A model generated the notes under the pieces. The model saw nothing but the letters and a program-made list of their open reading frames with translations. It did no database searches and had not been told where the DNA came from. From Myxococcales bacterium (GTDB lineage Bacteria; Myxococcota_A; UBA9042), in contig SHZF01000006.1 of assembly GCA_009692425.1 (NCBI GenBank), positions 5,704 through 69,703 on the forward strand: a stretch of 64,000 nucleotides of DNA. The letters run 5' to 3'. Made by a program: the position numbers and the translations under genes. How positions within the stretch are numbered: position 1 is the stretch's first letter; the number at the start of each line of letters is the position of its first letter. This document shows positions 1 through 7,285 of this stretch, one piece after another.

Positions 1-1036
1 GCGCCGTGCACGCAGGCTTGCCGTCGAGCCCGCACTTGATGACGGCCGCGTTCAGCGGCGCACCATCGGGACACTTCGGCAGCTCGACTGCGCAGGGGTT
101 GCATGCGCCGCCGACGGGCGTCTTGCCTTGCCACACGAACCCTTCGTCGGTGGTGCCGTCACAATCGTCGTCCAGCGCGTTGCACGCTTCGGCCACCGCG
201 CCGGCCGCGGGCGTCTTGCAGATCGTGGCGCCGGCGGCGTCGCACGAGACCAGGCCCGACTCCTTGCCGCAGATGCCGGCGACGACCGTGCACTGTGCTG
301 CCAGCGGCAGGCCTTGGAATTGCAGGCCGTCGTCGACGCTGCCGTTGCAGTCGTTGTCGATGCCGTCGCAGGACTTTTCCGGCGCCTCGAAGCCAGCCAA
401 CGTCGGTGCCTTGCAGGCGCAGCCGATGCAGCCGAACGCCGGAAACTTCGCGGCTGACGTCTTGTCGCAGACGACCTCGACCGCGTCGAGCTTGCCCTGG
501 CACACGCCGTGGTCGCATAGCGGCTTGAGGTCTTGCTTGGCGCCGTCGAAGGCATCGACGATGCAGTTTCCGTCGCTGTCGATGGCGTTGGACTGCACGG
601 CGTCGATCGTGCCATCGCCGTTCGTATCCTTCGGCTGTTTGGGGTCGCCGATTTCGACGCCGTCTGCAATGCCGTCGTCGTCGCTGTCGGCCAGCGCGAC
701 ATTGGTGCCGAGCGTCTTTTCGAGGCCGTTTGCGAGCCCGTCGCCGTCGAGGTCCGAGTCGAGCGGCTGGCAATGGTTTTCCGTGCAGATGCCGCCCGCG
801 CAATCGCCGTCGCCAGAGCACTGCGATGAGCAGCGGCCGAGGTGGCACTCGCCGGAGTCGCAATGGCTGCCTATTCCGCAACTTGCGCCGAACTTGCGCT
901 TCTTGCGGCCAAACAGATCGGCGCACCCGACAACGAGCGGCAGCGCCAGCGCAAGCACGAGCAAGCCGCAGATCCCGTGCGTCCCCGCGCGCACCGACCA
1001 GAGGGCCACTCCTAGAGCCGGGTGCGCGCGAACCAT
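1..1036 (-). CDS. Cys-rich secreted lipoprotein, 3' end cut by the window edge. Hand-translated minus frame begins MVRAHPALGVALWSVRAGTHGICGLLVLALALPLVVGCAD... It carries thrombospondin-type-3-like Ca-binding Asp repeats (DSDLDGDGLANG, DSDDDGIADGVEIGDP, DTNGDGTIDAV, DSDGNCIVD) and C-x-D-N/D-D-C-N/D-G units (CDGIDNDCNGSVDDG, CNALDDDCDGTTDEG).
   Basis: Minus-strand ATG at 1036..1034, then a signal peptide with lipobox (LVVGC). The ORF runs off the window edge, which is why it is absent from the ORF track. Acidic Ca-binding repeats and regularly spaced Cys are seen directly in translation. The repeat style resembles the Myxococcales cysteine-rich repeat. Confidence 0.6.
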   Translation of the reverse strand, partial: MVRAHPALGVALWSVRAGTHGICGLLVLALALPLVVGCADLFGRKKRKFGASCGIGSHCDSGECHLGRCSSQCSGDGDCAGGICTENHCQPLDSDLDGDGLANGLEKTLGTNVALADSDDDGIADGVEIGDPKQPKDTNGDGTIDAVQSNAIDSDGNCIVDAFDGAKQDLKPLCDHGVCQGKLDAVEVVCDKTSAAKFPAFGCIGCACKAPTLAGFEAPEKSCDGIDNDCNGSVDDGLQFQGLPLAAQCTVVAGICGKESGLVSCDAAGATICKTPAAGAVAEACNALDDDCDGTTDEGFVWQGKTPVGGACNPCAVELPKCPDGAPLNAAVIKCGLDGKPACTA

Positions 1037-1294
1037 TACGACCTCTGTGCGACTAGAGCGCGGCCCGCAATCTAGCAGAGCGGCGGGTTGGGCGGGAAGG
1101 CACCGGGTCGGCCTGACGTCGGCCTGACGCTGCGTTGAGGACAATGGCGAGCGCTGCCGTCGTCGTTTGGCGTCTCACCCCCTGGCAGTTTCGCGAGACG
1201 CCTCGGATCGGAAACCGGGGGTGGACGGGGAGGCTGTGCGCCTCTGACGCCAAAAACCGATGCTATGTTCAGATCATACGATCGAGGAGCCAAC

Positions 1295-1310
1295 TGGCAC
1301 GCACCTTGCT
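1295..1310 (+). promoter_or_regulatory. Candidate sigma-54 (RpoN) promoter, TGGCAC-gcacc-TTGCT, 49 nt upstream of the comM ATG
   Basis: Exact -24 TGGCAC at 1295-1300, 5-nt spacer, -12 TTGCT at 1306-1310. An unusually AT-rich patch (1262-1285, ctatgttcagatcatacgatcg) lies just upstream in a ~70% GC background. A GGGAG RBS sits 7 nt before the ATG at 1359. Confidence 0.5.
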
Positions 1311-1358
1311 CCCTAGGTCTGCGCCGGCCGCAACCAAGTGGCCTGCGTGGGAGCCCGC

Positions 1359-2903
1359 ATGCAGTCCAGGATCCTGAGCGCCGCGGTCGTCGGTGTCGAT
1401 GCGCGGCTGGTCGAAGTGGAATGCGACGTCTCCGGCGCCGTGATGGCTTTCGATACCGTCGGGCTACCCGAACTGTCGGTGCGCGAGGCGCGCTACCGGG
1501 TGCGCTCGGCGATGCGGGCTTCGGGCCTGAAGTTCCCCGGCCGCAGCGTCCTGATCAACCTGGCGCCCGCCGACCTGCGCAAGGACGGGACCTGCTACGA
1601 CCTGCCGCTGGCGCTCGCCCTGCTGGCGGCCGATGGGACCCTGCCGCCGGGCGTGCTGGACGGCTTCGTGGTCGTCGGCGAGCTGTCGCTGATGGGCGGC
1701 GTGCGGCCCGCGGTCGGCGTCCTCGCGATGGCCCAGTTGGTGCGCGACCTCGGCTTGCGCGGCATCCTCTGCCCTGCGGACAACGTCGCCGAGGCCCGCG
1801 CAGTCCACGGCATCGAGGTGCGTGCGGCCCAGATGCTGGCCGGCGTCGTCGACTGCCTGCGCAGCGGTGCCGCATGGCCGGAGCCCGCGTGTATGCCGCG
1901 ACCTGTGGCACCGCGCTCCCACGACCTGTGCTGGTCCGACATCCGCGGTCACGCTGTCGCCAAACGTGCGCTTGAGGTGGCGGCGGCGGGCGGGCACAAC
2001 GCCGTGATGGTCGGCACGCCGGGCACCGGCAAGACGATGCTGGCCCGTCGCCTGCCGTCGATCCTGCCGCCGCTCGACGCCAACGAGGCCGTCGAGGTGA
2101 CGAAGGTGCACTCCGTGGCTGGCTTGCTCCACTCCGGCGCGGGCCTCCTGACCGAGCGGCCCTTCCGCGCGCCGCACCACACCATCAGTGCGGCTGCGCT
2201 CGTGGGCGGTGGGTCGATCCCCAAGCCGGGCGAGGTGTCGCTGGCCCACCGCGGTGTGTTGTTCCTCGATGAGTTGGCTGAGTACCCGCGCTACGTGCTG
2301 GAGACCCTGCGGCAGCCGCTCGAAGACGGCACGGTCACGGTGACGCGCGCCCGCCAAGTCGCCCGGTTTCCGTCGCAGGTCATGCTCGTCGCCGCCCTGA
2401 ACCCGTGCCCGTGCGGCCGCCAAGGCTCAGCTACCCATGCGTGCACGTGCTCGCCGGTCGCGCTCAATCGGTACCGCGGCCGGCTGTCGGGTCCCTTGCT
2501 CGACCGCATCGACCTGCAGGTGCGGGTACCGGCGCTCGAAGCGGGCGCGCTGCGCGGGGGCCCCGATGGCGATACGTCCGACACGGTCCGAGGTCGGGTG
2601 TGTGCCGCACGGCGTGTGCAGTACGACCGGTTCGGGCCCGGCGTGACGAACGCCACCGTGCCTATGCCACGCCTGCGCAACATGAGCCCGCTCGCGACGC
2701 CCGTCCACGACGTCCTGCTGCGCGCACTCGAAATGTTCGGCCTGTCGCCGCGTGCCCACGACCGCATCTGGCGCGTGGCGCGCACGATCGCGGACCTCGG
2801 CGGGGTGCATGCCGTCGAGATTGGCCACATTGCCGAAGCCTTGCAATACCGCTGCTTCGACGAACCCTGCGCGCCCTTGGCGACCCGCGCCGCAGCCGCA
2901 TAG
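1359..2903 (+). CDS. comM: ComM/YifB-family Mg-chelatase-like AAA+ ATPase (competence protein ComM homolog)
   Basis: Translation [25 protein letters not shown]..., Walker A GTPGTGKT, and the C-terminal Zn-ribbon-like CPCGRQ....CTCS of YifB/ComM. Start chosen at 1359 (RBS) rather than 1338. Confidence 0.85.
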   Translation: MQSRILSAAVVGVDARLVEVECDVSGAVMAFDTVGLPELSVREARYRVRSAMRASGLKFPGRSVLINLAPADLRKDGTCYDLPLALALLAADGTLPPGVLDGFVVVGELSLMGGVRPAVGVLAMAQLVRDLGLRGILCPADNVAEARAVHGIEVRAAQMLAGVVDCLRSGAAWPEPACMPRPVAPRSHDLCWSDIRGHAVAKRALEVAAAGGHNAVMVGTPGTGKTMLARRLPSILPPLDANEAVEVTKVHSVAGLLHSGAGLLTERPFRAPHHTISAAALVGGGSIPKPGEVSLAHRGVLFLDELAEYPRYVLETLRQPLEDGTVTVTRARQVARFPSQVMLVAALNPCPCGRQGSATHACTCSPVALNRYRGRLSGPLLDRIDLQVRVPALEAGALRGGPDGDTSDTVRGRVCAARRVQYDRFGPGVTNATVPMPRLRNMSPLATPVHDVLLRALEMFGLSPRAHDRIWRVARTIADLGGVHAVEIGHIAEALQYRCFDEPCAPLATRAAAA

Positions 2904-2989
2904 CCACCCCTCGATACCCTGACCGGCCGCCGGGCGTTCTGGCGGACCGGATTTTTCAAGGGCGACATCTCCGTCGCCCCGGAGGCACC

Positions 2990-4009
2990 ATGGCAGACAA
3001 GACCAACGTTCCGCTCCTCGACGACCTCGTTCGCTCCATCGAGAAGGCATTTGGCAAGGGCATCGTGATGGCAGCGGACGGGCCCGCCGTCGATCAGGAC
3101 ATCGAGCCGCTTCCCACCGGTTCGTTCGCGCTGGACCGGGCCCTCGGCATCGGCGGCCTCCCGAAGGGGCGCATCATCGAGATCTTCGGGCCCGAGTCGT
3201 CGGGCAAGACCACGATGGCGCTCTCGGCATTGGCCCAGGCGCAACGCCAGGGCCTCGTGGCGGCCTTCATCGACGCGGAGCACGCGCTCGACCTGAAGTA
3301 CGCCCGCGACCTCGGATGCGACTGCAGCCGGCTGCTGTTGAGCCAGCCCGACTGCGGCGAGCAGGCCATGGATGTCGTCGAGGCGCTCGTGCGCTCTGGC
3401 GAGGTCGGCCTGATCGTGATCGACTCCGTGGCGGCGCTCACCCCCAAGGCGGAAATCGACGGCGAGATGGGCGACAACCACGTCGGCCTGCACGCCCGCC
3501 TGATGTCGCGGGCGATGCGCAAGCTGGCGGCGCTGGCGCACCAGACGGGCACGACGCTCATCTTCATCAACCAGATCCGCATGAAGATCGGCGTCACGAT
3601 GGGGAGCCCGGAGACGACGACCGGCGGCAACGCGTTGAAGTTCTACGCGTCGGTGCGGCTCGACGTGCGGCGTATCGGCTCGCTCAAGCGTGACGAGGCG
3701 ATCTACGGCAACCGGCTCAAGATCAAGGTGCAGAAGAACAAGGTCGCGCCGCCGTTCCGGCAGTGCGAGATCGACCTGCTGTTCGGCCAGGGCTTCTGCC
3801 GCGAGGCCGAGGTGTTTGACCTCGGCGTGCAGCAGGGCGTCATCCAGCGCTCGGGTGCCTTCTACCGCTGCGGCGACGAGATGGTCGGTCAGGGCCGCGA
3901 CCGCGCCGTGGCCGAACTGAAGGCGCGTGCCGAACTGTGCCGGCGCATCGAAGCCAAGCTCGCGGATGCCCCGGCCGACCTCGCCAGCGACCTCGACGAG
4001 GCCGCGTAG
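2990..4009 (+). CDS. recA: Recombinase RecA
   Basis: [27 protein letters not shown]...GPESSGKTT...[22 protein letters not shown]...[11 protein letters not shown]: a full RecA signature. GGAGG RBS at 2981-2985. Confidence 0.95.
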   Translation: MADKTNVPLLDDLVRSIEKAFGKGIVMAADGPAVDQDIEPLPTGSFALDRALGIGGLPKGRIIEIFGPESSGKTTMALSALAQAQRQGLVAAFIDAEHALDLKYARDLGCDCSRLLLSQPDCGEQAMDVVEALVRSGEVGLIVIDSVAALTPKAEIDGEMGDNHVGLHARLMSRAMRKLAALAHQTGTTLIFINQIRMKIGVTMGSPETTTGGNALKFYASVRLDVRRIGSLKRDEAIYGNRLKIKVQKNKVAPPFRQCEIDLLFGQGFCREAEVFDLGVQQGVIQRSGAFYRCGDEMVGQGRDRAVAELKARAELCRRIEAKLADAPADLASDLDEAA

Positions 4010-4057
4010 CCATCACCTGTCGGAGGCAGCCGGCACGGTGCCGGCGGTCTCGTTGCA

Positions 4058-4075
4058 GATGCACGCGCGTGCATC
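4058..4075. promoter_or_regulatory. 18-bp perfect palindrome GATGCACGCGCGTGCATC between recA and ssb (candidate operator site, or weak hairpin)
   Basis: Self-complementary sequence seen directly, 16 nt upstream of the ssb ATG. A second imperfect palindrome CCGGCACGGTGCCGG lies at 4030-4044. Confidence 0.3.
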
Positions 4076-4090
4076 CATTCGGAGGAAGTC

Positions 4091-4447
4091 ATGGATTTGA
4101 ACAAGGTACTGCTCATCGGCCGCCTCGGCGGCAAGCCCGAGATCAAGAAGTCCGCCGCTGGCGACCCCGTCGCCCGCATGCGGGTTGCCACCAGTTTCCA
4201 GCGCGAGAAGGACGGCGTGTGGGAGAAGGAGACGGAGTGGCACACGGTGGTCGCGTTCGGGCGCACCGCGGAGAAGTGCGGTGAGTTCCTCGACAAGGGG
4301 CGGCTCGTCTACGTCGAGGGCGCGCTGCGCTCGAACGAGTGGACGGACAAGGAAGGCAAGGCCCGCGTCGACCGCGAGGTACGGGCGCGCGACGTGTACT
4401 TCCTCGACAAGGCACCCGCGGCCCCCACCCAAGCGCTCGCCGTGTAG
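4091..4447 (+). CDS. ssb: Single-stranded DNA-binding protein with OB fold, lacking the acidic C-terminal tail (118 aa)
   Basis: MDLNKVLLIGRLGGKPEIKK....WHTVVAFGRTAE...LVYVEGALRSNEWTDKEGK is the SSB OB fold. It ends ...APAAPTQALAV with no D-D-D-I-P-F tail. GGAGGA RBS at 4081-4086. Confidence 0.9.
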   Translation: MDLNKVLLIGRLGGKPEIKKSAAGDPVARMRVATSFQREKDGVWEKETEWHTVVAFGRTAEKCGEFLDKGRLVYVEGALRSNEWTDKEGKARVDREVRARDVYFLDKAPAAPTQALAV

Positions 4448-4486
4448 GCAGCCTCGGTCGCGGCGGATCGTCGCACAGCCCGCAAG

Positions 4487-4521
4487 GGGGCGGGTCCGGG
4501 CACCAGGCTCGGGCCCGCCCC
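4487..4521. terminator. GC-rich hairpin (12-bp stem GGGGCGGGTCCG / CGGGCCCGCCCC, one mismatch) between the convergent ssb and radical-SAM genes; candidate bidirectional terminator
   Basis: Inverted repeat seen in sequence, between the ssb stop at 4447 and the minus-strand stop at 4551. No T-tract. Confidence 0.4.
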
Positions 4522-4550
4522 GCTCGCCGGATCAGGCCAACCGCGCTGGA

Positions 4551-5915
4551 TCAGGCTGCCGCAGTCGGCGTGGCCGGTGCCCTGGCGCTGGTTTCGAGCG
4601 CGGACCCAAACGCCGCACCGGGCAGCGGGCCCGCCTTGCCCATCTTCGTCCGCGCCGGGTTGAAGTAGCCGAACCGCAAATTCGGATGGCGGCGGCGCAA
4701 TTCATGGACCATCGCGAGCATTCCGATCGGCGCGGCGACCGCGTCGGGGCCGAGCACGCGCAGGTAGAGTTCCGGGTCGATGTTCAGGTTGCGGAGCTGC
4801 ACGAGATGGACCCCACCGCGATCGATGAACTGCGAGAGTGCGTCCACTTCCACTGGCGAGTCGGATACGCCCGGGAACATGAAGGCGTTCAGGCTCACGT
4901 ACTTGCCGCGGCTCGACATCTCCACCGCCGACTGCAGGACGTGGTCGAAGGTGTAGCCGCGCGGCTTGTAGTAGGCCGTGTACAACGCGGCCCGCCCGGA
5001 GTTCAGGCTGATGCGGATGCTGTCGAGTCCGGCGTCGGCCAGTCGCGCCACGACCTTGGGCAACGACGCGTTCGAATTCAGGTTGACCACGCCGTTCGCA
5101 GTGCGCCGTCGGATGCCGCGCACGGTCGCTTCGAGCACCTTCGGCTGCATGAGCGGTTCGCCCTCACAGCCCTGGCCAAAGCTGACGACACCGTTCGGCA
5201 CGCGTTCCAAGTGCTGCACAGCCAGTTCGATCAGGTCGTCGGAGCCCGCCGGCGTCGCGATGCGGTCGTGGTTGGCGGCGAAGCTGGAGCCGGTCTGATC
5301 CGAGATGCAGCCGACGCACGCCGCGTTGCAGGTCGATGCAGCCGGCATCGGCGCTTCCCAGCGGCCCAGGAAGAAGTTCTGCGCGGCCCGGCAGTGGTAG
5401 ACGAGCGCGCAGTGCTCGATGTGCGCGAGCGCCCGGTTCGCCGGCGACGCCTTGCGGATGCGCCGCACTCCGCGCTGCACCGCCGCGATGTCGAAGCGGT
5501 ACGGGTCCTGGCGCGGGTCCGCATCGACGCGCACGGCCGGCACGACGAAGCGGCCGTTCATCCAACCGATGGCCGTGTACGCGTACAGCGGAAGGTCCGG
5601 GGCGCCCGGCGCGGTCTCGAAGGCGGGGTGGAGCAACCGCAGATACGCCGGCGCAACGAAAGCCGCTGCCGCCTGCAGCGGACCCGTGTGTGCATCACCC
5701 TCGACTTCGACCAGTTCGTCGATGCCCGCGTCCACTGCCAGCGGACGGCGGCCCGGCAGCACGAAAACGTCGCTCCCCTTCGGCAACGCGATCATCTCGA
5801 CGGCCAGCGGCCGCCGCAGGCTGTCGCCGTCCCAGCAGACCAATGCAAGGTCGGGGTGGTCGAAGATGCGCCCGGCGGAATCGGCGACCACGGCACGCGG
5901 GAAAAGGTCAGGCAT
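4551..5915 (-). CDS. Radical SAM domain protein (CX3CX2C = CNAACVGC) with an ~190-aa N-terminal domain of unknown function
   Basis: Canonical radical-SAM Cys triad, followed by GQGCEGEPLM (a SAM-binding glycine-rich motif). Confidence 0.75.
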   Translation of the reverse strand: MPDLFPRAVVADSAGRIFDHPDLALVCWDGDSLRRPLAVEMIALPKGSDVFVLPGRRPLAVDAGIDELVEVEGDAHTGPLQAAAAFVAPAYLRLLHPAFETAPGAPDLPLYAYTAIGWMNGRFVVPAVRVDADPRQDPYRFDIAAVQRGVRRIRKASPANRALAHIEHCALVYHCRAAQNFFLGRWEAPMPAASTCNAACVGCISDQTGSSFAANHDRIATPAGSDDLIELAVQHLERVPNGVVSFGQGCEGEPLMQPKVLEATVRGIRRRTANGVVNLNSNASLPKVVARLADAGLDSIRISLNSGRAALYTAYYKPRGYTFDHVLQSAVEMSSRGKYVSLNAFMFPGVSDSPVEVDALSQFIDRGGVHLVQLRNLNIDPELYLRVLGPDAVAAPIGMLAMVHELRRRHPNLRFGYFNPARTKMGKAGPLPGAAFGSALETSARAPATPTAAA

Positions 5916-5924
5916 GGGAACTCG

Positions 5925-7085
5925 CTACAGCGTGACTTGGGCGTTGAGCAGCACGTTGAAGCTTGCGATTTCGCCCAAGTTGGCGCCACTGACGCTGGTC
6001 GAGGCGTCCTTCGCGGACTTCACGAACGGGATTTGCACGGCGGCCCCGATCTGCGCGACCTTGAGGTACGTGCGCAGCCCGAACGTGCCGAGCCACACCC
6101 CCTTGACCATGGGAGCGTTTTCCAGTTCGAACAGGCCATCCAACTCCGCCGCGATGCCGACGATGCCGAGGTCGGCCAGCAGACCTGCGCCCACGTTGGC
6201 GTACCGCATGCGCTTTGCGGCACCAAACAGCTTGTCATCGACGGCCTTCGCCATGGGACGCAGATCGACGTACTCGCCGCGCGCGGTCACCTTGACGAAC
6301 ATCAGGTCCACACCGACGACGGCATACGGCGCGTACGACAGGTAGCTGTGCAGGTAGCGCGGGGTCGCGAGCACGTTAGAAAGCGCGATCGTGTCGGCGT
6401 CGGCAGTGCCCGTGGGTGCGTACACGCTCACGCCGGTCGTCCACCCAAAGCCCAGGCTGCCCGCGCCGTAGGCGTCACCGGTGTGCAGGTCGAGTCCGAG
6501 GTTGCCGAGTTCGAACGAGTCGCCCTTGTCGTTGTGGAAACCGGCAATGGCGATCTGGGCCGTCGCTTCGAGCCAGCGCAGGTTCAGGCGGGCGTACGGC
6601 TCGACCGAAAACGTTGTCGTCTTGGCCGGTTTCGACGCGTTCTGGTAGACCTCGACCAGGGTCGCCATCGTCTTGAGCTTCGACGAGTCGATCGTGGCGA
6701 GGTAGGCCTTCTGCGCCGCGGTCGGCGTCTGACCGTGGGCCTTCATCTGGTCCTCCATGGCCTTCTTGAACTCCTCGGTCTTGCCCGCATCGGCAAACTC
6801 CTTCATCTGCTTGGCGTCCACGTACTTCAGGTACTCGACCATCTTCGCGGCCTCGGGATTCGACTTGGCCTGTTCGTCCACCGCCTTCTTCACCGCCGTC
6901 TGGATGACTGCCTCGACAGGAGCCACCTGGAAGTTGGCGCCCGCCGAAATGAACCGGTCCCTTGCGTCGTGTTTCACGGTGCGGCCGACGAACAGGTCGC
7001 CGTTGTTGAAGGGCCGCGCGTTGGCGACACCTGCGGCGCCGATCAGGCCGCACGCCACCATGACTGGCACTGTCCCCCGCTTCAT
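5925..7085 (-). CDS. Secreted protein of unknown function with signal peptide MKRGTVPVMVACGLIGAAGVANA. 386 aa; Gly/Ala/Val-rich C-terminal half, possibly a beta-barrel.
   Basis: Clear N-terminal signal peptide. No recognizable catalytic motifs. The stop lies 9 nt upstream of the radical-SAM start, so an operon is likely. Confidence 0.55.
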   Translation of the reverse strand: MKRGTVPVMVACGLIGAAGVANARPFNNGDLFVGRTVKHDARDRFISAGANFQVAPVEAVIQTAVKKAVDEQAKSNPEAAKMVEYLKYVDAKQMKEFADAGKTEEFKKAMEDQMKAHGQTPTAAQKAYLATIDSSKLKTMATLVEVYQNASKPAKTTTFSVEPYARLNLRWLEATAQIAIAGFHNDKGDSFELGNLGLDLHTGDAYGAGSLGFGWTTGVSVYAPTGTADADTIALSNVLATPRYLHSYLSYAPYAVVGVDLMFVKVTARGEYVDLRPMAKAVDDKLFGAAKRMRYANVGAGLLADLGIVGIAAELDGLFELENAPMVKGVWLGTFGLRTYLKVAQIGAAVQIPFVKSAKDASTSVSGANLGEIASFNVLLNAQVTL

Positions 7086-7285
7086 GCCGTCCTCCCAGGC
7101 CCGCGCGATGGGCGCGCTGCCACGAACGTGGCGCCGACCGAGGAGGCCAGCGCCGACGCAGCCCCCATGCTACGGGTGCGCGCCCCGACCAGCAACCACG
7201 CGGGCTTTGCGGCTGCGGATCCGGTCGCCTATCATCTGACCACGTCCTCGGGCTCACGCCGTCGCGCCGGGGCCAGACGTGGACG

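Noticed and set aside
6-1127. 373-aa plus-strand ORF at the window start
   Set aside because: Antisense to the Cys-rich lipoprotein gene, whose motifs are far more protein-like. Ser/Pro/Ala low-complexity translation.
2904-2989. Possible LexA/SOS box upstream of recA, and GTTCAG-containing segments at 1266-1275 and 27106-27112
   Set aside because: None matches CTRHAMRYBYGTTCAGS (M. xanthus) or CTGT-N8-ACAG at more than about half the positions. The 27106 site is intragenic.
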